Shown here: positions 10,950 to 23,877 of the stretch, in pieces
Position numbering within the stretch: position 1 is the stretch's first letter
Layout of the letters: each line of letters begins with the position of its first letter
Assembly (NCBI RefSeq): GCF_963921235.1
Contig: NC_086097.1
Span: 101,124,001-101,188,000 of the forward strand
Direction: 5' to 3'
DNA: 64,000 nucleotides
Source: Mobula hypostoma
Taxonomy: Eukaryota
Position numbers and translations under genes: made by a program
The notes under the pieces: model-generated
What the model saw: the letters and a program-made list of their open reading frames with translations, nothing else
What the model was told of the DNA's origin: nothing
Databases searched by the model: none

Positions 10950-11570
10950 CACATTCAAAGATTAAAGTAAAATTTATTATCAGAGAACATACATGTCACC
11001 ACATACAGCCCTAAGATTCTTCTTCTGTGGGCATACTTAGTAAATCTATAGAACAGTAACCGTAAACAGGATCTGTAAACATCAGGAACTGTAAACAAAC
11101 TGTTCAAATGCAGGTAATGATTAAATAGCAATAAATAATGAACATGAAATAACAAGATAAGAGTGCAGTTATCCCCTTTTGTTCAAGAGCCTGATGGTTG
11201 AAGGTTAGTAACTTTCTTGAACCTGGTGGTGTGAGTCGTGAGACACCTGTAACTTCTACCTGATGGCAGCAGTGAAAAAAGAGCATTGTCTGGGTGGTGA
11301 GGATCTTTAATGATGGATACTGCTTTTCAACAGCAATATTTCAAATACCTGTGCTCAATGGTTGGGAGGGTTTTACCCATGATGTACTGGGCCAAACCCA
11401 CTACCTTTTGTAGGATTTTTCACTCAAAGACATTGGTGTTCCCGTACCAGGCTGTACTGCAGCCAGTCAGCACACTTTCCACAACTTCAACATCTTTAGA
11501 AGTTTACCAAGGTTTCTGATGTCATGCCGAATCTCTGCAGACTCCTGAGGAAGTAGAGGTGCTGTTGTTC
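10950..11570 (-). mobile_element. Rex1/Babar LINE 3' end
   Basis: Reverse-strand QQHLYFLRSL..FGM and tail GATAATAAATTTTACTTT. Confidence 0.75.
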
Positions 11571-11599
11571 CCAGTACTAATTATAATCATGTTGGTTAT

Positions 11600-12060
11600 G
11601 GTATATCAAGTGCTCATCCAGCATCAAAATTTGAAATATACACACTGCTTAGATACAATTACTTTTTCAAGGCCTATGTTATTATTATCCAACAGACTTT
11701 CTATGAAGTATTATTATTCTATTGGATAATAGTACTTTATGATACCAATATGTTCCCCAGTGAATAGACATCTTTGATCAGTAGAACTTATTTAAGAATG
11801 TACTGTTATCTGATCAATGCCCAACGTATCAAGCTCCAAAATGACCCCTCCCCCAATATTTTTGAGTATTTTATTAATTTCACCTTTAACATTTGTCTAT
11901 ATTGACCAATCTATCAAATTTATCCAAAAGTTTATGCTCTTAATTAAAATATCTTGACTTTTTTTTAAACAATTACATTCTGTATACAAGATATATAATT
12001 ATGAATGTACCATTACTATCTTTGTCAGGCAATAAATAAACAAGATTAAAATAATAACAC
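11600..12060 (-). mobile_element. Possible highly decayed L1 ORF2 fragment
   Basis: AT-rich, with only weak resemblance to the post-RT region of fish L1. Confidence 0.3.
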
Positions 12061-13614
12061 TCACTATATTTAAGAAAGGCATTTAGATAATATGTACTCA
12101 ATCCAGAACATGGTCATAAAAACTTGCTCTGTATACAAGCAATATTGAGCTAGTTAGCAATAATCATATACAGATACAGAATATCAAATTAGAATTTGAA
12201 CTTTAACCTTTGTTTCCCACTTGCAGGGGATTAGATACAATTGGGTTTACCAAAGCAGAAGAGAAAGGCACGAGCTACTTAACAAATTACATTATGAAAG
12301 TTGAAACCTGAAAAGACTAGACTTTGAGCTTATCAAAATATTTCTAAACTCTTTAAATCCAGACCCTAACTCCTGTTCATTTCTGTACGGCAAGAAGTCT
12401 TAACTAGCAGGCAATCTTACGTTGTTTTCAGGATTGTCCTGATAGTGTAACAACTGCATTATGTATGCAGATCTATTTAAATCATAAGGAAATTTACTCT
12501 TCAGAGAGCAGCAGGACACATACATATAGAAGGCCGTCGGGGGAAAGAATTTGGCTAATTAAACCATAACTTCCCGATGAGCACAGATCTATCTTTAGTG
12601 CTATTCCCTCCTCACTTTTACTTCATTACATCTAACCAAATTTGATTGGCTTACAACTTTGAACATTCACTTCGTAATTTCAGTACGCATGCTATGGCAA
12701 AAAATCTGGAATTCTTCCATATTCCACTGTAAGCTTGCACATTTCTTTTGATAATAAACAATTTAAAGATCTCAAATTTCTAATAGTATCAAATCCAAAG
12801 TCTTGTGGAACACAAGCAAGAAGGCAAAATGCAGAGCACAAGAACTGAGTATTGATTTTAATAAATTTAGTGAAAGCAGGCAGCAGAATGTTAACTCATT
12901 AAAACTAGTGCAAAACAATCACAAACATGTCATTTGCTTTACAGCCAAATGCTATGACTGCTGCAGCCTCAAGGGTATCAAATGGCTGAAGCTGAACAAA
13001 ATAATTTAAGGCACCAACATTAGTGCTGCATTAGAGAATCCCAGAAAAGTTACAACACAGGAGGGTATTCAGCATGTCTTGTTTATGACAGTCAGGGAAG
13101 TAGTCTTTAGCTTAACTGCCATCCAGCACCTGCAGGTCCTGGTTCATCAAGCCCACGTCCAATATTGTTTAAACATGATGAGGTTTTTGCTTCTAATATC
13201 CTTGCTGGAAGTATGTTCCAGACACTTCACTACCTCTGGGGTGGAAACACGTTTCCTCATCTTCCAGTACAATAACAACATGAATAGGCAGGGTTAGGAG
13301 GGATATACATCACATGCAGGCAGACAGGAGTAGTTTAAATTAGCATTGTGTTTGTAGACATTGTGGGATGAAGAACCCGTTTCTGCACTGCAATCTTTGT
13401 GTTCCCTAAACTCTGATTACTCAAATTCTCTGCCCCTTGGTTCCTAAACTCTCTGCCAAAAGAAACAGATACTTCCTATTTATTCTTCCTCAGCTCCTCA
13501 ATCAGGTCTCTTCTCAGCCTTCTAAATCTAACAATAATTCCTATGTACTGTATTAAACAATAGAACAGTAGTGCAGAAAAGGCTCTTTGACCCACAATTC
13601 TGTCCTGAACGAAC

Positions 13615-14924
13615 AGGAGGGGGGAGAAGATGGGGCGCGACAACAGCACACACGGCCACTTCGATGATGAATATCTGTAATCTGTCAAGTAGGGGACCGT
13701 GCACAATCCTGATTTGATGGAGACAGACATGAGAGCACAGCAGAACATCTGGAAAACTTCTGAAATATCTGCTTTGCTACCGCTGCTGCTGTGTGGTAAC
13801 CGGAATCTCTGGAGCTGAAGGCCTCGAAATCCTCGGCTTTGCGTGTTTCAGTGGCTGGGGAGAGGTCGAAGGCGCTCAGCAGAGGATGGCGCTCAGGAGG
13901 CTGTATCGGAGAGGCTGCTCAAAAGCTCGGAGTTTTCGGACGCATGGACTCAGGGTCAGCTGCTTCCAAGTTATCGGCAAGTTGACGGTGCCTGGAGGTT
14001 TAGATTATGAAGACACGTAGTCCTCTTTTATTGTCATTTAGTAATGCATGATTTAAGAAATGATACAATATTTCCTCCGGTGTGCTATCACAAAACACAG
14101 GACAGACCAAGACTGAAAAAACTGACAAAACCACATAATTATAACATATAGTTACAACAGTGCAACAATACCATAACTTGATGAAGAAGTCCATGAGCAC
14201 AGTAAAGTTCAAAGTCTCTCAAATGTCCCACATCTCACGCAGACAGGAGAAGGAAGAACTCTCCCTGCCATGCCGACCACGGTCCGACTCTGGGTCATCC
14301 AAAAACTTCGAGCTCTGATCAGCTCTCCAACACCAAGTACTGAGCGCCGTCTCTGTCTGAACGATTCAACCTCAACCTCGGTTGCCACCAGCAAGCAAAG
14401 CCGTGGATTTTGAGGCCTACCCTCCGAAAGATTCCTGACCACGCAGTAACGACAGCAACGAACAAGCGTTTCAGAAATTTCTCCAGATGTTCCTCTGTGC
14501 TTTCACATCCATTTTCCATCAAATCAGAATTGTCCACGGCCCCTATTTAACAGATACAATATAATTTTCACCGGAGAGCTGCGCAAGCGCACGGTGCGCT
14601 GCCTCTCTCCTCCTGCCTTCCTTCTCAATTTATGGCAGGGAGTTTCTCCCTTTTGCCGCATGCTATCGGGGACTTGGGAGTCGATCGACTCGGGACTTTG
14701 AGACTATTTTGTTTTACTGTGCCTATGGTCTGTTCTTTATCAAATTATGGTATTGCTTTGCACTGCTGTAACTATATGTTATAATTATGTGGTTTTGTCA
14801 GTGTTATTCTTTGGTCTGTACTGTTTTCTGTGATATCACTCCGGAGAAACATTGTATCATTTCTTAATGCATGTATGCATTTCTAAATGACAATAAAAGA
14901 GGACTGAGTGTTCTCATAATCTAA
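13615..14924 (+). mobile_element. ~600 bp non-autonomous retroelement (copy A), split by copy B
   Basis: Head GGAGAAGATGG.., core GTGCACAATCCTGATTTGATGGAGAC, tail CATAATCTAA; homologous to 25855-26420 and 56794-57400. Confidence 0.85.
14000..14617 (-). mobile_element. ~600 bp non-autonomous retroelement (copy B), inserted antisense in copy A
   Basis: Reverse complement is closely similar to 56794-57400. Confidence 0.9.
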
Positions 14925-14929
14925 ACTAG

Positions 14930-15425
14930 CAATTAAAACACCTAGCCAAGCTAATCCTTTTTGCCTATACAATTCCCTCATTCTCTGTGCAATCATGATC
15001 CTCTCAAACACCTGTCATATTTGCCCCTTTTGGCAGTATATTCCAGACACCCACCAATCTGTAAAAAAAAAATTCCTCCACACATCCTTCCTTTGAACTT
15101 ACCCCCACCCCTTACCCCCTTAAATGCATGCTCCCTAGTATTACAACTTTCAAACTTGGGAAAAAGATACTGTTTGCAAACTCTATTTGTGCCTCTCATA
15201 ATCTTATAGAACTGTTATTAGTTCTCTGCTCAGCATCTGCCACTACTGAGAAAATAACCCAACTTTGTCTAATCACTCCTCATACCACCTGCCCTTTGAT
15301 CCAAACAGCATCCCAGTAAACTTCTTCTGCACCTTCTAGAAGGCTTTCAAATCCTCCTTATATTGACAGAGCTATAATGCTCCAGATGCAGCCTCACTAG
15401 TATTTTATAAAGCTGCAACATAACA
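14930..15425 (-). mobile_element. Decayed CR1 3' fragment
   Basis: LFPKFESCNTREHAFKGVRGGGKF-type CR1 C-terminus. Confidence 0.65.
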
Positions 15426-15440
15426 AGAATGACTAATCAA

Positions 15441-16300
15441 GGCCAAAAAGTTCTATTTTAACTTCATCAATTCACAGGACTTGTTTCCAAAATGCATCAG
15501 GCTTGTTTAGATGTTCCTTTGAATCTTCTGAATAGTACTTTTTGGCCGCAATGAGCAAAGGTACGTTTGGAGGGAAAAAAGGGTGCAGAATTTCATGAAA
15601 AGAACCCCTCTCCAACTGTTAAGTACGGGGGTGGATCGATCATGCTTTGGGCTTGTGTTGCAGCCAGTGGCACGGGGAACATTTCACTGGTAGAGGGAAG
15701 AATGAATTCAATTAAATACCAGCAAATTCTGGAAGCAAACATCACACCGTCTGTAAAAAAAGCCGAAGATGAAAAGAGGACGGCTTCTACAACAGGATAA
15801 TGAACCTAAACACACCTCAAAATCCACAATGGACTACCTCAAGAGGCACAGGCTGAAGGTTTTGCCATGGCCCTGACAGCCCCCTGACCTAAGCATCATT
15901 GAGAATCTGCGGATAGACCTCAAAAGAGCAGTGCATGCAAGACGGCCCAAGAATCTCACAGAACTAGAAGCCTTTTGCAAAGAAGAATGGGCGAAAATCC
16001 CCCAAACAAGAATTGAAAGGCTCTTAGCTGGCTACAGAAAGTGTTTACAAGCTGTGATACTTGCCAAAAGGGGTGTTACTAAATGCAGGGTGCCCAAACT
16101 TTTGCTTCGGGCCCTTTTCCGTTTTTGTTATTTTGAAACTGTAACAGATGGAAATAAAAAAGTTTTCTTGCTTAAAATATTAAAGAAATGTGTCATCTTT
16201 AGCTTTATGCCTTTTGGAAATCAGTTCATCTTTTACTCGCTTAGCTATTCACAGTAACAGAAATTTTGACCAGGGGTGCCCAAACTTTTGCATGCCACTG
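15441..16300 (+). mobile_element. Tc1 (DD34E) transposon derivative: right IR/DR end with an inverted left segment
   Basis: TVKYGGGSIMLWAC, QDNEPKHTSK, PDLSIIENL; TIR ..GGGTGCCCAAACTTTTGCATGCCACTG followed by TA; inner direct repeat at ~16088. Confidence 0.92.
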
Positions 16301-16319
16301 TATACACGCATATATTGTG

Positions 16320-16867
16320 TACCCTGGATTCCGGTTAAATGGGACATGTTGAGACCGGTATATTTTGGCCCAATTAAGCAGCTGCTCTAAATAGCTAAAG
16401 TTTCATCAAAATTATACAAAAGACAAACTACTTTTTAAACTGAATAATAAATTGTATTTAAATGAAATACAGAGCAAATCAGAACACCATTAATATCACC
16501 ACAGTACTACAAAACATTAGTTCCAAATAGCTATTGACAGAGGAATTACATCCGGTGTACACAGCTGTGATATTTTGATTTACTGTAAAGGCACAATCAG
16601 CACAGACATCTAGTACAGTTAATGCTTTTTGAGTTGGTATCCATCGGCCCAAAGGGATAACATAGCACAAGCACATGTAACTGCTACTATTTAAAAACTG
16701 CTTGCTCCAAGCAAAGTGTACTGTCTAACTGCCACACAAATGCACACAGTTGACTCTAGTTAGAAACTGTTCAGCAACTGTCTCCTGTCGCAATTAAGCA
16801 GAGTGCCCCAAATACATGAAGCTAACCCTACCTATCTTCTCAATTAGTCCTTGTTCTTTAAGATTAG
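16320..16867. mobile_element. Tigger/pogo-like non-autonomous element remnant
   Basis: End motif TGGATTCCGGTTAAATGGGAC with subterminal CCCAATTAAGC repeats. Confidence 0.45.
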
Positions 16868-16869
16868 TA

Positions 16870-17022
16870 CAGGTCGACCTTCATGAATCCGGCACCATTG
16901 GGACCTGAGGAGTGCCGGATTAGTGAAAATGCTGAATAACAGAAGGATCACATTAAGCATAATCAGTGCCAGATTATCGAAGGAACTAGATTACAGGTAG
17001 TCGGATTAGTGAAGGTTGACTG
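16870..17022. mobile_element. 153-bp MITE (Tigger/pogo-like)
   Basis: TIRs CAG(G)TCGACCTTCA..AATCCG and CGGATTAGTGAAGGTTGACTG, flanked by TA on both sides. Confidence 0.8.
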
Positions 17023-17110
17023 TATTGTTAAAATCAGCTTTTGTTCTTTAACAAACAGTGAAGGTCCCAGGAGAACTCCAACAGATTCCTCCCAAACACC
17101 ACCGATTACA

Positions 17111-18757
17111 GATAATAGTGGCCAGAGGACCTAGGGTAACAGAGGAACTGAAGAAAATTCGCATCAGGCACAAAATGGTGTTGGGTAAACTAATGGGACT
17201 GAAGGTTGATAAATCCCCAGGGCCTGATGGTCTGCATCCCAGGGTACTTAAGAAGGTGGCTCTAGAAATCGTGGATGCATTGGTAATCGTTTTCCAATGT
17301 TCTATAGATTCAAGATCAGTTCCTGCGGATTGGAGGGTAGCTAATGTTATCCCACTTTTTAAGAAAGGAGGGAGAGAGAAAACAGGCAATTATAGACCAG
17401 TTAGTCTGACATCAGTGGTGGGGAAGATGCTGGAATCAATTATAAAAGATGTAATAGCGGCATATTTGGATAGCAGTGGCAGGATAGTTCCAAGTCAGCA
17501 TGGATTTACGAAGAGGAATCTTCTGAAATTTTTAGAACGTAACTATGAAAATGGACATGGGAAAGCCAGTGGATGTAGTGTACCTGGAATTTCAGAAAGC
17601 CTTTGATAAGGTTCCACATAGAAGGTTAGTGTGCAAAATTAGAGCAAATGGTATTGGGGGTAGGGTACTGACATGGATAGAAAATTTGTTGGCAGACAGG
17701 AAACAAAAAGTAGGGATTAATGGGTCCTTTTCAGAATGGCAGGCAGTGACTAGTGGGGTACCGCAAGGCTCGGTGCTGGGACCTCAGCTATTTACAATAT
17801 ACATTAATGATTTAGATGAAGGGATTAAAAGTAACATTAGCAAATTTGCAGATGACACAAAGCTGGGTGGCAGTGTGAAATGTGAGGAGGATGATACGAG
17901 AATGCAGGGTGACTTGGACAGGTTGGGTGAGTGGGCAGATGCAGCTTAATGTGGATAAATGTGAGGTTATCCACTTTGGTGGCAAGAACAGGAAGGCAGC
18001 TTACTATCTAAATGGTGTCAAGTTAGGAAAAGGGGAAGTACAACGAGATCTAGGTGTCCTTGTTCATCAGTCACTGAAAGTAAGCATGCATGTACAGCAG
18101 GCAGTGAAAAAAGCTAATGGCATGCTGGCCTTCATAACAAGGGGAATTGAGTATAGGAGCAAAGAGGTCCTTCTGCAGTTGTACAGGGCCCTGGTGAGAC
18201 CACACCTGGAATATTGTGTACAGTTTTTGTCTCCAAATTTGAGGAAGGACATTCTAGCTATTGAGGGAGTGCAGCGTAGGTTCACGAGGTTAATTCCTGG
18301 GATGGCGGACCTGTCATATGTTGAAAGATTGGAGCGACTGGGCTTGTATACACTGGAATTTAGAAGGATGAGAGGGGCTCTGATTGAAACATATAAGATT
18401 ATTAAGGGATTGGACACGGTAGAGGCAGGAAACATGTTCTCAATGTTGGGGGAGTCCAGAACCAGAGGCTACAGTTTAAGAATAAGGAGTAGACAATTTA
18501 GAACGGAGTTGAGGAAAAACTTTTTCACACAGAGGGTTGTGGATCTGTGGAATGCTCTGCCTCAGAAGGCAGTGGAGGCCAATTCTCTGGATTCTTTCAA
18601 AAAAGAGTTAGATAGAGCTCTTAAAGATAGCAGAGTGAAGGAATATGGGGAGAAGGCCAGAAAAAGGTACTGATTGTGGATGATCAGCCATAATCACAGT
18701 GAATGATGGTGCTGGCTCAAAGGGCTGAATGGCCTACTCCTGCACCTATTGTCTATT
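17111..18757 (+). mobile_element. CR1 LINE, 5'-truncated (RT and C-terminus), frameshifted
   Basis: [45 protein letters not shown]; tail CTATTGTCTATT. Confidence 0.95.
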
Positions 18758-18939
18758 ATCTCCAGCCAGAATAAATCCCATTGACCAATATCCTCTCTCT
18801 TCTATGGCAAAGTCACTGTGGATCCAATGTATCTTTAACTTCTGGATGAGCCTTACTAAAACCCATGTAGACAATACTCACATCTCTATCCTCACCTCTT
18901 TTTGGAAACACTTCATCAAATTTGAGTTCTTTATGATCA

Positions 18940-19530
18940 GTCTATAGATTTGTGGCAGAGAATATATTGACTGGTTACATCACAGCCTGATATGAAACCA
19001 CCAATGCCCTTAAATGGAAAATTGTACAAAAAGTAGTGAATATAGAGCAGTCTGTCACAAGTAAAGCCCTCCCCACCATTGAGCACATCTACATGAAGCA
19101 TTGTTGCAGGAAAGCAGCATTATCAGGAACCTCCACCATCCAGGCTATGATCGCTTCTCGCTGCTGCCTTCAGGAAGAAGGAACAAGAGCCCTAGGACTC
19201 TCACCATCAGGATCAGGAACAGTTTAGCCCTCAAACATCAGGCTCCTAAGCCAGAGGGGATAACTTCATTCAACTTCACTTGCCCCATCACTGAACTGTT
19301 CCCACAACCTATGGACTCACTTTCAAGGATTCATCATCTCATGTTCGTGCTATTTATTGCATTTTTTCTTTCTTTTTTATTTGCACAGTTTGTCTTTTGC
19401 ACACTGGTTGTCTGCCCTGTTGGCATGAACTTTCATTGATTCTCTTCTGGTTACTGGATTTATTGAATCTGCCCACAAGAAAATGAATCTCAGAGCTGTA
19501 TATGGTAACATATATGTACCTAACTTTGAT
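18940..19530 (+). mobile_element. Rex1/Babar LINE 3' end
   Basis: LPTIEHIYMKHC, FSLLPSGRR and the shared tail. Confidence 0.8.
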
Positions 19531-19589
19531 CATATAGAAAATTAAGGCCTAATTAGGGACGGTCAACATGCCTTTGTGCAGGGCAATCA

Positions 19590-21200
19590 ATACTTGCCTC
19601 ACACAAAGCCATGCTGCCTGTCCTTAATTAGACCATGATTTTATAAACTTACAAATCTAATCCCTAAAAAATCCCTTCCAATAGTTTCTTTATCATGGAT
19701 ATGGGACTCTATAATTATAATATAATTTCTGGGATTAACCTCATTTCCTTTCTTGTATAATGGAACAATATTAGCTACTCAGTAGTCTTCCAGGGCCTTA
19801 AGTGTGGCCAAAGACCCAAGAGATCTTTGTCAGGGCCCCAGCAATCTCATATCTTGCCTATCTCAAAAACTTGGGGTATATCCCATCAGACCTTGGGGCT
19901 TACCCATCATAATGTTCAGCAACCAAGCGAAGTCCTAGCATATAAGTGCACTTCACATTGATTTCCCTATCCTCTATTTGGTAAATACCAATGCAAAGTA
20001 TTCATGTAGGACCTCTTCCATATCCTCCACTTCAAAGCATACATTCCCTTCTTGGTCCTTGAGTGTTCCTACCTTCTTCTTAGTTATTCTCTTACTTTTG
20101 ATGCATGTATAGAATGCCTCAGAATTTCTTTGATCCTACTTGCCAAAGACTTTTCATGGCCTCTCTTGCTCTCCTAGTTTCTTTCAAGTGTTTTTCCAGT
20201 TTATAGTCTACCATTTCTACCTTTATAATCCTCAAGGGTTCTATTTGATTTTAGCTTCCTAAGCCTTATGTACTTTTCTTCTTGACTAAATTCACCACCT
20301 CTTTCAATATACAAGGTTCCCTCACCTTGCCATCCTTTTCCCCGCCTTCTTACTAAAACAAACCTATCCTGGGCTCTGTGCAGTTGGTCTTTAAACACCA
20401 TCCACCCAACAGATGTGGACTCGACCAAAAGTAGCTGTTATTAATTAACTCTCCTTAGTTCCTACCCAATACTCTGTTCAAGATCCACACGTACCTTATC
20501 CATAGCTATCTTAACACTTAAGGAGTTCTGGTCACTGTTCCCTAATGTTCTCCCATTGATAGGTCAGGCTCATTTCCCAATATCAGGTCCAATATACACC
20601 CTGCCAGATACGCCTAACAAATTCCAGCCCATCTAAACCCCTTACACTAAGGTGGTCCCGGTTTATTTTGGAGAAGTTGAAGTCCCCTGTGACAACAACC
20701 CTGTTGGGTTTACAGCAATCCCTAATCTACTTGCATTTTATGTCCTAACAGCTATTAAGGGACCTCTGGAATTATTGGGAAATCGCGCCAGATTGATTGC
20801 ACCTTTCTTATTGTTGAGTTTTATGGAAGGTGAGCCCTCTATTATGACCCCTCAGTGAAGCTATGATTTCGTCCCTGATTAAAAGTGCCATTTCAGCTCT
20901 CTTTTTTAAGCTCCTTCTGGTCACAATTACACCGATCACAGTTTACTTCCTGCCACCAAAGATTTTGGATCCAATTTGCCACTCTCCCTTAGATCCAATA
21001 CCCATTCATTTTTTTTTTTTGATCTGTCTGGCATGCAGGGCCTTGGAGAAATCCAAGACTTCAGCAAACACTACCTCACTGAATTCTCTGAAGAGGGTCA
21101 ATCACATCAGTCAGACACAACCTTCCCTGAACTGATTGTTGCTGATCAATCTGTACCTCTCCTGTTAATCCTGTCCTTTAGAGCAGAGTCTACTAGTTTA
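19590..21200 (-). mobile_element. Decayed CR1 ORF2 fragments
   Basis: Reverse-strand similarity to the intact CR1 copies in the window (endonuclease to RT). Confidence 0.65.
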
Positions 21201-21954
21201 ACCTACAAAGGAGTGTACTTGCATTGATAGTCCTTCCTCCTTTTTTAAACTAATGTTCAACACCAGCAGTGCTCCAGTCCTCTGGCACTACTCCTACAAG
21301 CAGAGGTTTGAGCCTCTCCAAGGTCCTCCCTTTCTTCTTTTAACAGGATCTGATCTGATCCACAGTCAGGGATGCAAATCCGCATTAATGTACTCAGTTA
21401 AGGTTAACCCAACCAATACTTCAAAAATTCCAGAAATTTTGCATACAATCCTTGTATAAATCATGCTGCTCAATCTAGGCACAATCAGGCATAATCTAGA
21501 ACATGGAAAACTTGATTCCAGCAAACAAAATTCAAGTTATGCAATTAGTTATGTGAAAATTTAACATACTTCAGATACATTAATATGGATTATAGGAACT
21601 CTTTTGAAGTCAGAAAAGACCCACTCAAGCAGAAACAGATTCATTAAAAACCACACAGCAGGTTATTCTTCAATACAGGAACATAGGAAAAGGATTAAGC
21701 CATTGTGCCCCTTGAGACTGTTCCTCTGTTCAATAAAATCAGAGGCAATCCAATACCTCGAAACTGCATTCCAATTATTCCTATGTACCTGATCCCTTTA
21801 TGTGGTGAGAGAAGGGGAAAGATGGGCAGAATGGCCACCATGGTAAATTGGGGTGACACGCAAGGCAAAGGGGAGCAATGCAGTTTTGGTTGAGGAGAAA
21901 GTGAATTGAGGCACAGACAAGAAGATAACAAGTGGGAGGAAGGTGGATGAGGGA

Positions 21955-22190
21955 GATGGCAGCAGTTGGATCCACTGGCACACTGTTCCAGAAACTAGGG
22001 TCAATCCTGGGAGTGCAAGTTCTCCCCTTAACTGCTCCGGCTGTCCTGGCTTCCAACCACATTCCAAAGTCAGGTAGGGTGGTAGGCGGTAGGCCTGGGA
22101 AAAGTGCCCTCCTGTGTGAGCGAAGGGTAGAATCTGGAGGGAGTGGATGGGAATGTGGGGAGAATAAAGTGGGAGTGGTGTACGATTGGT
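21955..22190 (+). mobile_element. Degenerate V-SINE
   Basis: GTTCTCCCC..TGCTCCGG..CCACATTCCAAAG V-domain-like core; related pieces at 27790-27850(-) and 28820-28930. Confidence 0.5.
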
Positions 22191-22398
22191 GTAATCAGAG
22201 AAACATCACCTGGGGTGGGTCTGACAGTAATGACGTCGTGGACCTGGAGGGCTCCCTGCCCTGCCGGTCAGTGTGAGCTGTGAGACAGCGGCCTTGTCTA
22301 ATTTGGTTGGGGAACGTTAGATGACCCGTGGAGAGGCTGGGTTGGCAGAGGCGCTGGGCTGGGCGATGCAGTACGTACCCGGCGTGGCCGTGAGTCAC

Positions 22399-22522
22399 CT
22401 CCGCTATGTTCACACTTCGGTGCTGACCAGGCTCAATGTCTGCCCCCCACCCCCTCTCTTTATTTCTCTCGGCCGCTCCTTCCGTCCATCTGCCAACGTG
22501 CCCGTGCGGCCGACCCAACTGT

Positions 22523-22553
<31 letters not shown>

Positions 22554-22630
22554 TCGCTGCCCCGGTCCCGCTCCCGCTCCCGCTCCCGCTCCCGCTGTCA
22601 CTCGCACAACAGCCAGCGGCGTGCGCCCCA
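22399..22630 (-). other. Putative first (5' UTR) exon of an unidentified host gene
   Basis: GC-rich segment next to the CCAAT cluster, ending at candidate donor GGAG|GTGACT (22399/22398). Confidence 0.45.
22522..22595 (+). repeat. Hexamer microsatellites (TCCGGC)5 and (TCCCGC)5
   Basis: Directly visible at 22522-22551 and 22566-22595. Confidence 0.95.
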
Positions 22631-23877
22631 CCACGCGGGAGCCTGTCATTTCCCTCCACCAATCACATCCCTAGACTTCTCAATTGACCGCGAGACAGCC
22701 AATAAACGACAAAGCCTTCTTATTGGTTCGGAACTTCGGCCTAACAAGCAAACTCTACAGCTGATTGGCTCTAATTGGCCCTACGAATACTTGATTGGAC
22801 AATCAAACCCGGTGTTTTCCATCCTCTTCACTGATTGGAAATCGGTGTAGCACGGTGAGTCATGATAAAACGTCGGCTCTTCCAGAGATGTTGCTTGACT
22901 TGAATCAGCATTTTGTGTATATGTCACTCAAGTTTTCCAGCATCTGCAGAATCTCTGTGTCTGAGATCACCGCTTCTTATTGGAATATTTATAAGGATAA
23001 CGTAAGGCTGCTGCAGTTGGCTGGTTCTGGCGCCCGACGTGTGCAGGGCTAAGTAAACCACCAGCTTGTCGAAGCGCTGTTGGTGTTCAGGATGGATAAA
23101 GGGACATTGGGGGCCGTGCACTGGGGGCGGCTGGGTCTCAGGTTACGTCGGTTGGCAGGGTGGATGAATGCGGCTGTGGAGGTTCATTGGACTGTCGCAT
23201 CCACAGCGCAGTGTGGGGAAAGAGCGTGTGCGGAGGCTGAGAACCACCGATGCGAGGATAGTCATAGAAACATAGAAAATAGGTGCAGGAGTAGGCCTTT
23301 CGGCCCTTCGAGCCTGCACCGCCATTCACTCGCTTCCTCCGCATAGTTATGGGAACTTGTGCCCCCTCATTGAGTGCTCCTTCCCGGAAAATGCCATGTT
23401 TCTACCTGACTTAACTTTCTTGGCATATCTGTCAGAGCCTAAGAGAGCAACTAAAATCAATTATAGACTACGGTTCCCACGACCATGGGTTCTCCTCCGA
23501 CACTGCCTCGCGTTCCTTACTTTTAGTTTCTCTAGTTCTTTCATTTCTGTCCTGATGCCGTTTGGGTTTTTAAAGAGATTTAATATTTAAAGATTTGCTT
23601 TGTCACACGTGCATCGAAATTTAGAGTGAAATGCATTGTTTGTGTCAAATCAAATCAGCCAAGATTGTGCTTCCAGCGCCATCATGATATGCCCACAGTT
23701 CACTAATTGTTAGTTTTTAAAACTCCAAAACTTTAAACTAATTGAAAGGAAAAGACTGGAGTCCGAAATGTGAGTCTTAACTATCTTTTTATCCTTTAAA
23801 CAAGGCGCGTGCGTATCACATGGTAGCATCATGACGTATGCAATTCAATTTTTACATATAATCCGTGATGAATTATT

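Larger units (their letters stand above)
22200..23350. promoter_or_regulatory. CpG island / TATA-less promoter with seven CCAAT (NF-Y) boxes
   Basis: Local GC and CpG enrichment; CCAAT at 22659 and 22699; ATTGG at 22722, 22764, 22774, 22794 and 22834; TGAGTCA at 22391 and 22856. Confidence 0.8.

Noticed and set aside
13040..13270. ORF 13079-13297 as a host gene
   Set aside because: It is the antisense of a decayed CR1 C-terminus.
22195..22687. ORFs with GSGSG/AGAGA/EPEPE/PAPAP repeats
   Set aside because: All frames are open because of GC-rich hexamer repeats; there is no recognisable protein and it is more likely UTR.
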